Origin: a virus
Reading direction: 5' to 3' (one strand)
IMG/VR virus record: IMGVR_UViG_3300050343_000150
Span: 27,748 to 91,747 of that record
Length of the DNA stretch: 64,000 nt
Shown: in pieces, positions 43,782 through 51,952 of the stretch
How the letters are laid out: each line of letters opens with the position of its first letter
How positions within the stretch are numbered: position 1 is the stretch's first letter
Notes under the pieces: model-generated
What the model was told of the DNA's origin: nothing
Seen by the model: only the letters and a program-made list of their open reading frames with translations
Databases searched by the model: none
Program-made: the position numbers and the translations under genes

Positions 43782-43820
43782 ACCATATGGTAAGTAACTT
43801 TGTCAACTTACCTTATATAG
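43782..43820 (+). promoter_or_regulatory. Repeat element copy 2
   Basis: ACCATATGGTAAGTAACTTTGTCAACTTACCTTATATAG. Confidence 0.8.
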
Positions 43821-43879
43821 CAGGTGGCTAGACTAATTATGTTGCTTGGAGGCGACAAAATCAATAAGGAGACGATAAG

Positions 43880-44341
43880 ATGGCAGTAGAAAATTGGAAT
43901 ACAGAAATAGAAGCCCCGACAGTAAAATACCTAGAACAAGGAACTCTAAATGAGTTTGCTCAAGACTTGATTCGTGGATGGTTAGATGAAGGAAGAACAA
44001 CCCCTCGCTCTCAGAGAAGAGTTACAGGATTCATTAAAGAGATTATCAATAAGAATGATGATTCACCTTTCAAGGCAACACGAACAGGCTCAAGAACATA
44101 CACTCTACCACAAGAACAGCAGGAAGCAATGAATGCAGTTTGTAGTATGGTAGACGGTCAACTTGTTCTATCAGAAGATGCTCACACATACTTCCGTACA
44201 TACTACGGAAGGACTAACTCTGATGGCACTAAAAAGACATCATGGGAAAACAACGAAGAATTAATTAATACTTTAGTTCTTAGCAAAATGCAGGAATCTT
44301 TCATAAGTGATTATAAGAAATCACTAAAGGAGGATAACTGA
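43880..44341 (+). CDS. Hypothetical early protein flanked by complementary UTR arms
   Basis: 153-aa ORF with AAGGAG ribosome-binding site. Confidence 0.7.
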   Translation: MAVENWNTEIEAPTVKYLEQGTLNEFAQDLIRGWLDEGRTTPRSQRRVTGFIKEIINKNDDSPFKATRTGSRTYTLPQEQQEAMNAVCSMVDGQLVLSEDAHTYFRTYYGRTNSDGTKKTSWENNEELINTLVLSKMQESFISDYKKSLKEDN

Positions 44342-44420
44342 TTTCATTTGCCTCCAAGCACCACCTTAAACGATAAATAACTAATTTTGTTGTTTTTGGA
44401 GGTCCTTGGACAAAGTTAGA

Positions 44421-44459
44421 ACCATATGGTAGTAACTTTTGTCAACTACCTTAATATAG
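44421..44459 (+). promoter_or_regulatory. Repeat element copy 3
   Basis: ACCATATGGTAGTAACTTTTGTCAACTACCTTAATATAG. Confidence 0.8.
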
Positions 44460-44477
44460 GAATTGGCTAGGGTATTT

Positions 44478-44870
44478 ATGTTGGTTGACGTGACCAACAC
44501 GCTATGACTGAATAATGCCGTTGTATAGGCATAAGGTAATACTAGTTTGTTCTGTGGTGGAACAGCGAGCCGGTGTGGTAAAGCATTGGCAGTACAATGA
44601 GAGTAACTCCTCACTAGTATGTATAGTCGGGTTAAATGCTCTAAGCAAAATATACACCCTATGATTATTGGAAGACGCTGGAAACAGTGATGAAACCTAG
44701 CATCCAACTCTTAGTAGAAGAGCAACAGAAAACAATTGAAGAACTAAACACTATAATTAGTAAGGACACAGTGTATTCTACGTGAATACGGACTAGATAC
44801 GAAACTTCTCGAACTATCTAGTGGCCGAGAGAGTTCTTATTGTTAGTTTGCTCTTCTACATCTGAGGTAT
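44478..44870 (+). ncRNA. Candidate ~390-nt highly structured ncRNA
   Basis: Occupies a whole repeat unit with no + strand ORF; many nested stems including a perfect 12-bp 44714-44725/44848-44859 helix. Confidence 0.65.
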
Positions 44871-44886
44871 GTTATACAAAGTTACA

Positions 44887-44926
44887 ACCATATGGTATTC
44901 AACTTTCGTAAGGATACCTCATATAG
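44887..44926 (+). promoter_or_regulatory. Repeat element copy 4
   Basis: ACCATATGGTATTCAACTTTCGTAAGGATACCTCATATAG; ATG at +60. Confidence 0.8.
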
Positions 44927-44946
44927 GACTAAGGTAGGTAAATAAT

Positions 44947-45132
44947 ATGGAAGCAGAAACCAAAATAGAAGCAATGCCAGCATATACGATTGAAGTAGGA
45001 CATATGAAGTCCGGTTCTGATATCGTTCTGATATTAAAAAGTCTGAAAGTGAATAAAGATTCACTTCCGGAAGCAATAGCAGAAATTAAAGCCGCACTAG
45101 AAGTGTTCAATGATATGGGGTTGGGACAATGA
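44947..45132 (+). CDS. Hypothetical early protein
   Basis: ORF at fixed distance from repeat 4. Confidence 0.65.
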   Translation: MEAETKIEAMPAYTIEVGHMKSGSDIVLILKSLKVNKDSLPEAIAEIKAALEVFNDMGLGQ

Positions 45133-45869
45133 GTGTAGCATATATTAGAACTTATGAGTTAGAATATGATGTAGTGCCATCTGACCAACAATTGAAAGCA
45201 ATTAACACTCTTTTAATGCAAGAAAATCTTCCTGCTATTGATAGATGGGACACTGAAGTATTAGAAGATAAATATGGTTTAGTAGATAAAGTAACTAAGA
45301 CTGAAACTTATGCTGTTGGTTGGGAAATTGATGGGGAACAAGTCGATAAAGTATTATTCTTTGAATATCAATCTAGAGCAGACTCAGTAGTAGAAGATTT
45401 ATCAGCAGTAGGAATAGATGCGACAATTACACACAGTAAATCAGAAGAAAGTAAAACTGTTGAACAGACACTGAGAGGAGAAAAGTTGATTTTACTTAGA
45501 AAGTTAGGAAACTACCGATTAAATGGCTATGGTGATAAACCATTAGTATATGATAATGAAGTTGAACTATCAGCGTCATTAATTACATCATATAGAAATA
45601 CTAAATTGAGATTTACTTCTCAATGGATGACTGACAAGGTTGCACGCAAGACACAAATAGAATCTATGGTAGTTGATACACCATTGAATGATATGGCTGA
45701 AATACAACATATAGTTGAAACTATATTACATACTGTTACAGAATATGATGTTTCAGAAGCAGAAATAAACTGTCATTTCGATGCTAAAACAGAGAGTCGT
45801 TCTGAATGTACTCCTGATATCATCAACAGAGTTAAAGAAGCAAAGAAATTGTTAGAGGTGGAACAATGA
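45129..45869 (+). CDS. Hypothetical acidic protein
   Basis: 246-aa ORF with ATGA overlaps. Confidence 0.7.
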   Translation: MSVAYIRTYELEYDVVPSDQQLKAINTLLMQENLPAIDRWDTEVLEDKYGLVDKVTKTETYAVGWEIDGEQVDKVLFFEYQSRADSVVEDLSAVGIDATITHSKSEESKTVEQTLRGEKLILLRKLGNYRLNGYGDKPLVYDNEVELSASLITSYRNTKLRFTSQWMTDKVARKTQIESMVVDTPLNDMAEIQHIVETILHTVTEYDVSEAEINCHFDAKTESRSECTPDIINRVKEAKKLLEVEQ

Positions 45870-46048
45870 AAACACCTTATACTATCACAAAAGAGTTGTG
45901 GGATGATTATTATACAATGCAGCAGAGTGGTCAAATGAATATGTTTGGCTACCCTACTGTTGTGTATTTTATATCGCATAACGCCTACCCTAAAGCCCTC
46001 AAACATTTTAATGAAGAAGGTAATACTTCTGATTTAGTGATTGAGTGA
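45866..46048 (+). CDS. Small hypothetical protein (DUF5049-like 'QQSGxxNMF')
   Basis: MQQSGQMNMFG motif; GAGGTG upstream. Confidence 0.6.
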   Translation: MKTPYTITKELWDDYYTMQQSGQMNMFGYPTVVYFISHNAYPKALKHFNEEGNTSDLVIE

Positions 46049-46350
46049 TGTTGGGCAACAAACAAAAAACGAGGAGCGACTACAATAGTGGTGTAGTCCT
46101 AAACCTGTAACCAAACGAGTTGAAATAAACTCAGAAAGATAGGCAATCCTCATTACATTCCTTACTAATTAGTAAATACAGGAAACGATTGACAAGTAAT
46201 CCCTAGTGAGCAATACTATGTACAGCGCAATAATTCTTTAGAGCATTCTAGACAATCCTAAAGTTATTAGTCGGATATGAATCATTTTACGCGAACAACT
46301 ATTACCTCTGTCATGACTTTCCTGAGGAATGAGGTATTATCATACAACGT
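46048..46350 (+). ncRNA. Candidate ~300-nt structured ncRNA or 3' element
   Basis: No ORF; stems GACTACA/TGTAGTC, GAGGA/TCCTC, GAGTT/AACTC, TTCCT/AGGAA, TACCTC/GAGGTA; ends pair ATGTTG/CAACGT. Confidence 0.5.
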
Positions 46351-46357
46351 CGATACT

Positions 46358-46394
46358 ACCATATGGTAGTAACTTTTGTCAACTACCTTTATAT
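46358..46394 (+). promoter_or_regulatory. Repeat element copy 5
   Basis: First 32 nt identical to copy 3; ATG at +59 (46417). Confidence 0.8.
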
Positions 46395-46416
46395 CTCACA
46401 TAGTCAGCATTATAAT

Positions 46417-46710
46417 ATGAAAGAAACAGTAACAAGACATCGATTTATTGACTTATTTATGAAAATTAGACCCGACAACTTCAGCAGACCCGGCTTACAT
46501 GCATTATTTGATTATCTCGAAGAACTTGAAGAAGACATAGGCGAGGAAATTGAATTTGATGTAATCGCCTTATGTTGTGATTTTAGCGAGTATAAAGATA
46601 TTAATGAAATCAGCGAGGCATATGGCAAAGATTTTTCAGACTCTGAAGACCTCGGAGACTATACGCAAATTATCGATTTTGAAGGGGGTATAATAATTCA
46701 AGATTGGTAG
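46417..46710 (+). CDS. Very acidic small protein (possible DNA mimic)
   Basis: MKETVT...NFSRPGLHALFDYLEELEEDIGEEIEFDVIALCCDFSEY; start reassigned using repeat spacing. Confidence 0.7.
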   Translation: MKETVTRHRFIDLFMKIRPDNFSRPGLHALFDYLEELEEDIGEEIEFDVIALCCDFSEYKDINEISEAYGKDFSDSEDLGDYTQIIDFEGGIIIQDW

Positions 46711-46739
46711 CCCTTCGGGGAACTAAATACAAAGTCAGT

Positions 46740-46778
46740 ACCATATGGTAATAACTTTTGTCTATTACCTTTAGATAG
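46740..46778 (+). promoter_or_regulatory. Repeat element copy 6
   Basis: ACCATATGGTAATAACTTTTGTCTATTACCTTTAGATAG; ATG at +59. Confidence 0.8.
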
Positions 46779-46798
46779 GAGTTAGTTTGTACATTAAT

Positions 46799-47059
46799 AT
46801 GAACAGATACATCAAAAACCTACCAAAAGCAAACTTGAAGCAATTACATGACATATTAGTTAATTATAATTCATATGCTGACCATCCGGATGATGAAGGG
46901 ACTCTAACTATTGGACAAATCTTCTTTATTCAGGATTTAATGAAACAAAAGAAAAAACAAGGTCAGAAGTTATATTGTATTGACCCACAATGTTCATTCT
47001 GTACTAATGGAGAGAATCATCGGCAATTTCATCAAGATGATGCAGCAGCATCTAGTTGA
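46799..47059 (+). CDS. Hypothetical protein with C-terminal Cys/His cluster
   Basis: MNRYIK...CIDPQCSFC...H. Confidence 0.6.
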   Translation: MNRYIKNLPKANLKQLHDILVNYNSYADHPDDEGTLTIGQIFFIQDLMKQKKKQGQKLYCIDPQCSFCTNGENHRQFHQDDAAASS

Positions 47060-47093
47060 GGTTGCTGTCTCTTCACTAGCACTGCGTTCCGCA

Positions 47094-47134
47094 ACCATAT
47101 GGTGGTAACTTTTGTTAACTACCTTAATATATAG
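47094..47134 (+). promoter_or_regulatory. Repeat element copy 7
   Basis: ACCATATGGTGGTAACTTTTGTTAACTACCTTAATATATAG; ATG at +59. Confidence 0.8.
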
Positions 47135-47152
47135 AATAAATAACTTAATTAT

Positions 47153-47323
47153 ATGGACTTTGAAGAAATGTTTGATAAAATGCAAGTAACACAGGTAGTA
47201 TGGGATTTTCCAAGAATATGGGTGAAACTCACAGTAGTAGATGATGGTAGTGCCATTTGTTTAAAGTGTGCTATCGAACAAATAGGGTTCACGGAGACTT
47301 CTCGCTTACTTATGATGTATTGA
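47153..47323 (+). CDS. Small hypothetical protein (56 aa), absent from ORF track
   Basis: Hand-translated MDFEEMFDKMQ...ICLKC...LMMY*. Confidence 0.55.
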   Translation: MDFEEMFDKMQVTQVVWDFPRIWVKLTVVDDGSAICLKCAIEQIGFTETSRLLMMY

Positions 47324-47354
47324 GTAGGTGAGGTGTCCCGCCTACGTCTTTAAC

Positions 47355-47392
47355 ACCATATGCTAGTAGCAAATTTTATCCAACCATATGGC
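47355..47392 (+). repeat. Two degenerate palindrome-only copies closing the array
   Basis: ACCATATGCT (47355) and ACCATATGGC (47383), followed by a T-tract. Confidence 0.6.
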
Positions 47393-47507
47393 AAAATTTT
47401 TTTGATTTTATCTGTTGTCGAAGTTAAATGTTTTTTGTCAATTTTATATCTACATCTAGTTTATTTACGACACTTATATTTACTTGATGTAATTAGGACC
47501 TCACGCT

Positions 47508-47717
47508 ATGTCAGAAGAAGATGCGAGAAAAGAGATTGTGTCTCAATCAAAAAAGATACAATCTGTTATCACTACGGAATTGGATAACATCAAAAATTCG
47601 GGTACATTACCAAGAGAAGTTATAATTAACTTAAACAAGATACAAATGGGTGTAAATGAATTAGTACGTGCTATTAATGATAAGTTATATCATCAAACAA
47701 CTCTAGATGACTTCTAA
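47508..47717 (+). CDS. Hypothetical protein with C-terminal PIP-box-like motif
   Basis: Ends QTTLDDF (QxxLxxF). Confidence 0.6.
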   Translation: MSEEDARKEIVSQSKKIQSVITTELDNIKNSGTLPREVIINLNKIQMGVNELVRAINDKLYHQTTLDDF

Positions 47718-47819
47718 GTTAATTTTTATTATGGGAATGCACAGAAAGCAAGGAAAAAAAATTCGCTAGTAGCGAAAAAATTCCAGCCCATTTTTCTGAT
47801 TTGGTGTTGAAGTGATATA

Positions 47820-48293
47820 TTGCTACCTGAAATAAGTAACGAAAATGGGGAATGGTTTTCCGGTTTTGTTAGGGAAGATGAAATTGCGGATAGTTGGGGT
47901 AGTAGTTTCCGCACAGCATTAGAGAAAGGCTATCCTGAGCATGTTTGTGAGAACTTATTTGTGATAGGCAAATTCATTGATGATGAAGTAATAGCCCACA
48001 CATCCTTTGCTGATATGGGAAGTTGGTATTTCATTGGTAATAACTATGTGAAACCAGCCCACCGTAAGAATGGTATCTTAAGGCAAATGGTAGAGAGGCG
48101 AAATCTTAGGTTAGGTAATTTTCCCAAGATTGCTATACTACGTCCAATTGAGGAAACTGATTTAGGTACGTTAATTGATTTTCTTAAGACGCTCAATTAT
48201 ACTGAGGTTGAAACTTATGATGATGTGTCTGATGTTATGTCTTTTATTGAGTATGATTTGATAGAACAAGAAGAACTGTGGAGGTGTGATTGA
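47820..48293 (+). CDS. GNAT-family acetyltransferase
   Basis: YVKPAHRKNG acetyl-CoA-binding motif A. Confidence 0.65.
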   Translation: MLPEISNENGEWFSGFVREDEIADSWGSSFRTALEKGYPEHVCENLFVIGKFIDDEVIAHTSFADMGSWYFIGNNYVKPAHRKNGILRQMVERRNLRLGNFPKIAILRPIEETDLGTLIDFLKTLNYTEVETYDDVSDVMSFIEYDLIEQEELWRCD

Positions 48294-48539
48294 TGGTTGA
48301 AATCAATCAAGCAGTTATTGATAGTTTAGTTATGTTAGATTTAGAATTGTCAATGCATTATGTTAATGTTTTTTTTGTAATTGTGTCTTTACAGGCATCT
48401 CATCTATTCTATGAATTAAGGAGGGAAAGAAATGAAAGACAGAGAACATCACAATGGTAAATGTAAATGGATGAAAGATTTTATGGAATCATTAGTATTT
48501 GAGTAATGATAATATGATTAACTATTGTGGGGGTAGCGT

Positions 48540-48821
48540 ATGAGTTGGGAAGACACCATTCGAAAGAAAGGCAGTCGTTCCGTTTCAAGTACTGCAATTG
48601 AGTATGTTGATTTTGTTATGTCAGATAATAAAACAAGAACAGTAAGAGAAGTTATAGAAGACTTATTCGAGATGAAAAAGGATAAAACGCATACTAATTT
48701 TAAGAATAAGATTCCAACTACAAGAGAATTAGAATATTATTTTCAAAATGATGCTAAATATGAACGAGTTGGACGAAATAAGTTCACGAATCAAATACAA
48801 TATCAAAAGGTGAATCAATGA
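48540..48821 (+). CDS. Hypothetical protein with SW tag (winged-helix-like)
   Basis: MSWEDTIRK. Confidence 0.65.
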   Translation: MSWEDTIRKKGSRSVSSTAIEYVDFVMSDNKTRTVREVIEDLFEMKKDKTHTNFKNKIPTTRELEYYFQNDAKYERVGRNKFTNQIQYQKVNQ

Positions 48822-48918
48822 AACCTTTTCATGGGGTTTGTGTTACTTGTGAATGGTTTAGACTAATTGAATATTCAAGTCAGGGTTGTTTCTGTTCTTA
48901 TTGTGGAGCGTATGTAGA

Positions 48919-49206
48919 ATGAAACAGTGGCTAATTAGAAAGTTGATTGCTTTCATGGGACAGTTTTATGTTTGGTTAGATAGGAAACTAGAACATCCAA
49001 AGGGAAAAATTCTAGAATTGGAGATAGATGAAGACCTTGATAATATGTCTAGGTATGATTTGTGTTGTCATATTGAAGAAATGTTTGGCTTAAACAGGGA
49101 TAGTTTTTGGAGATTAGAATCTACTCAAAAAATTAGGTATTGCGCACAGACTGCTAGGAATCTAAGAGCGAACCAAAAGAAAAGTCGAAAAAAGAAATCT
49201 TCATAG
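48919..49206 (+). CDS. Hypothetical protein
   Basis: MKQWLIRKL... start with GGAG upstream. Confidence 0.55.
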   Translation: MKQWLIRKLIAFMGQFYVWLDRKLEHPKGKILELEIDEDLDNMSRYDLCCHIEEMFGLNRDSFWRLESTQKIRYCAQTARNLRANQKKSRKKKSS

Positions 49207-49229
49207 AACTATACTCTCTCCGAAGTATC

Positions 49230-49556
49230 ATGTCGTGGTTCGATGTTGTTAAACGTGGTGGCGATTATGATTCATATATTATTGATTTAGCAATGGATAT
49301 AAATGAAGAATTAGGGCAACACATTGACACTTCTGAAGTAAGAGATAATGTAGAAGACGCTAGAATTTCGAGAGGATTAAGAACTATGTCTCCTGATGAA
49401 GTATTTGAAAAGTATCCTAAATTGAAAGCAGCATTGTTGGAAGCAATTAGAGATGAAATATCTAATGTAAGTATGTATGTACAAGACAGAAGGGAACAAA
49501 GGATGAATACTTCTTCTGAATATGATTCAAAGTTTGATAATAGGGACGAATATTAA
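49230..49556 (+). CDS. Hypothetical protein with SW tag
   Basis: MSWFDVVKR. Confidence 0.65.
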   Translation: MSWFDVVKRGGDYDSYIIDLAMDINEELGQHIDTSEVRDNVEDARISRGLRTMSPDEVFEKYPKLKAALLEAIRDEISNVSMYVQDRREQRMNTSSEYDSKFDNRDEY

Positions 49557-49557
49557 T

Positions 49558-49791
49558 ATGTGGAGAAAGACATTGAAATCAGTTGGTCAGTCTGATGCTG
49601 ATAAAATGAAAGATTTGTTTTCTGACATTACTGATGATTTAATATTAGTTAGAAGGGCTGTTATTGCAGGGAATAAAGATTTAGCAGCAGAGCAGTTAGG
49701 AACACTAATCAATTTTATGAAATCACAAGATATTGCTATTGATAGAATGATGGAATCTGCTTGGCAGCGTAGTCTGCGAGGCGAGACATAA
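49558..49791 (+). CDS. Hypothetical protein with tag variant
   Basis: MWRKTLKS; also ends SAWQRSLR. Confidence 0.55.
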   Translation: MWRKTLKSVGQSDADKMKDLFSDITDDLILVRRAVIAGNKDLAAEQLGTLINFMKSQDIAIDRMMESAWQRSLRGET

Positions 49792-49940
49792 TGTCGTTCA
49801 AATCTGTATTAGAAAGTTCAGCAGTTTCACATAGTGGAATTTGTAATGAGTGTGGTGTGTTTGTTAGAGAAGGACAGAAATGTAATAGTGTTCGGCTAAC
49901 AGAAAAAATCTTCTCTTGTCCTATGAATGGGGCAAGTTAA
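49791..49940 (+). CDS. Small Cys protein
   Basis: Hand-translated MSFKSVLE...CNECG...C...CP. Confidence 0.45.
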   Translation: MSFKSVLESSAVSHSGICNECGVFVREGQKCNSVRLTEKIFSCPMNGAS

Positions 49941-49983
49941 GAACAATGTTTATTGTGTCCAGTATATTGAGCGAGGTCAGGTT

Positions 49984-50154
49984 GTGTCATCAGAATCGAA
50001 ATCCGAATGGTTTAATTTACTGCGAATGGCTGGCGCAGTTACTACAACTTCCAGTCCCGCAATGTTCAATGTAAGTTATGGGAGGAAGAAAAAAGATGGC
50101 AAAAAAACCCGTAAAAAAAGGAATGACCGCCGTAAGATTATCCGGCAATACTAA
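49984..50154 (+). CDS. Small basic protein with tag variant
   Basis: GTG start; SEWFNLLR...AGAVTTT; Arg/Lys-rich tail. Confidence 0.5.
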   Translation: MSSESKSEWFNLLRMAGAVTTTSSPAMFNVSYGRKKKDGKKTRKKRNDRRKIIRQY

Positions 50155-51163
50155 GGCTATTGCTGATGGAGAAATTCCGGATTTTAAAACTGCGTTCAAG
50201 GAGTGGAAAACTAAGGCCAGCACTTACTCACTTAGTATGGGTAAGGGTGATATTACTATCTTACAGTTTATTGAGAATATGGGTAGGGTTGGCAGACATG
50301 CTCCGGAAAAAGATGGAGAACTTAGAGGAGCGCGTGCGCCTCCGCAGAAATTTATACAATTAGCCGAAGAGGTTAGTAAAGAAAAAGCCCTAACTGGTAG
50401 TCAGTTAGCAAAAATAAAACAACTACAAGCATATTTAACTGCAAATAAAAGTGATACTTCTAAAAATAATCCTGCTAATATTAAATTTAATGGTATTGCT
50501 GGATTTAGTTCTAAGGGTAAAATTACAAAAAAGCCAATGTACGGAGATTATCGTACAAAGCAATATGTTAGATATCGTAAGAAATTTAAAAACCAAACAG
50601 TCGAACCGGCAAAAGAACATTGGTATAACGAAAAACCCGGAACTGCACGTCCTCCTGTTTGGCAAGCACTGTTTGGTGAAGAAATTGAAGATTTTAAGTC
50701 TCCTAGTTTGTTGAAAATATCAACTGATTTGTTTAAGGCATTAGAAGGGCTAGATTTTGAGATAGACCCCAATGAACCGTATCGATTAACAGCATCAAAA
50801 GCACAAGGGACTGCTGAATTTTTGTATACTAATATTTCTGCTGTTAGGCAATTATTTGAAAAATTAGCAAAAGACCCGGCATTTTCTACCAATAAAGGAT
50901 TTAGGCAAGAAAAAGCACAGAATTTAATTAATGGTAAAAATACTGGTAAACCATTTCCGTTCATTATAAGTCCAGCAGAGTCTAAGGCATTTTTATCTGA
51001 AATTGGTGAAAAGGATAGCGCAATAGAATTAGATAAAATATATTTACATATTCCAAAAAGGCAATGTGGCTACTTAGCAGCAAAGGCTGGATATAAAGTT
51101 CCAGTACAAGAAACTCCCAAAATTGAAAAATCATGGAAAAAAATATTGGAGGTAGTAAGATGA
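50078..51163 (+). CDS. Basic hypothetical protein with C-terminal tag-like motif
   Basis: 361 aa; ends IEKSWKKILEVVR. Confidence 0.7.
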   Translation: MGGRKKMAKKPVKKGMTAVRLSGNTKAIADGEIPDFKTAFKEWKTKASTYSLSMGKGDITILQFIENMGRVGRHAPEKDGELRGARAPPQKFIQLAEEVSKEKALTGSQLAKIKQLQAYLTANKSDTSKNNPANIKFNGIAGFSSKGKITKKPMYGDYRTKQYVRYRKKFKNQTVEPAKEHWYNEKPGTARPPVWQALFGEEIEDFKSPSLLKISTDLFKALEGLDFEIDPNEPYRLTASKAQGTAEFLYTNISAVRQLFEKLAKDPAFSTNKGFRQEKAQNLINGKNTGKPFPFIISPAESKAFLSEIGEKDSAIELDKIYLHIPKRQCGYLAAKAGYKVPVQETPKIEKSWKKILEVVR

Positions 51164-51606
51164 ATTGGAAAAATAATTTAAGGAAGTCTGAGTTGAGAAA
51201 AATGGAATATAGTGTCAATTGGACAGGTATCAAGGTAGATTATTTAGACATAAAAAATAAACCTAAGGACTTGATAAATATGGAGGCTAACTTTGATACA
51301 GTAGAAGCAACAGCAGAAAAAGCAATCGTCAACGGAGAGTTTTCAGCCGACATTAGACGTAATGGAATTAAGGACATAGGTAGTTATGCTACTGATATTT
51401 CTCTACGAATAACCTTTGAAGATACTGAAACTGATTTATATGAGGAAATTGATATTGAAATTGACTCTGATATTACAGATGAAAATATAGAAGGTAGAGT
51501 CCAAATTAATCCTGCATATATTGAAGTCGAAATAGATATGAAGGGGCAAAAAGACCCCTCACAATTTAAAAAGACCGCTAGAATATGGTGGCAAGGAACT
51601 TATTAG
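51160..51606 (+). CDS. Acidic hypothetical protein with tag variant
   Basis: MNWKNNLRK; GGAGGT upstream. Confidence 0.65.
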   Translation: MNWKNNLRKSELRKMEYSVNWTGIKVDYLDIKNKPKDLINMEANFDTVEATAEKAIVNGEFSADIRRNGIKDIGSYATDISLRITFEDTETDLYEEIDIEIDSDITDENIEGRVQINPAYIEVEIDMKGQKDPSQFKKTARIWWQGTY

Positions 51607-51703
51607 GAAGTGAAAAAAATGAAATGTTGTAGAGGAATGAATAGTATAATAGATGAAGATAATTGGTCACAGACCATGTGTTGTTATTGTGGAGAGTATT
51701 AAG

Positions 51704-51952
51704 ATGAGTTGGGAAAAAATATTAAAATCGCAAATTGGAGATGGTGGTTTCATGTTTCATGTGACTGCTAAAGTTTTGACAGAAGATGAAGACGGAGAAG
51801 AAGTTGCTATGGACGAAAGAGAACTTCATACACTTGCTGAAAGTGTTTTACAGCAACTGCTCCGAGAAAGATTTTCTTCGGAGTTTGATAAAGATGATGG
51901 TACTACCTTTGAAGTAGATTGTGAAATAATCAGTGTAAGTGAAAACAGGTGA
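51704..51952 (+). CDS. Acidic hypothetical protein with SW tag
   Basis: MSWEKILKS. Confidence 0.65.
   Translation: MSWEKILKSQIGDGGFMFHVTAKVLTEDEDGEEVAMDERELHTLAESVLQQLLRERFSSEFDKDDGTTFEVDCEIISVSENR

Noticed and set aside
44539-44620. tRNA gene (cloverleaf-like four-way junction)
   Set aside because: Lacks the TTCRA T-loop, canonical D-loop and arm lengths; treated as a domain of the larger RNA
46363-46416. Upstream starts given by the ORF track (46363, 46787, 47360)
   Set aside because: They begin inside or next to the repeat/promoter element; the fixed +59/60 spacing points to ATGs at 46417 and 46799, and 47360 has no support
42718-47392. CRISPR array interpretation of the ACCATATGGT repeats, with Cas4 at 18419
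   Set aside because: Spacing is 350-1470 nt and irregular, and the intervals hold genes; standalone Cas4-like nucleases are common in archaeal viruses
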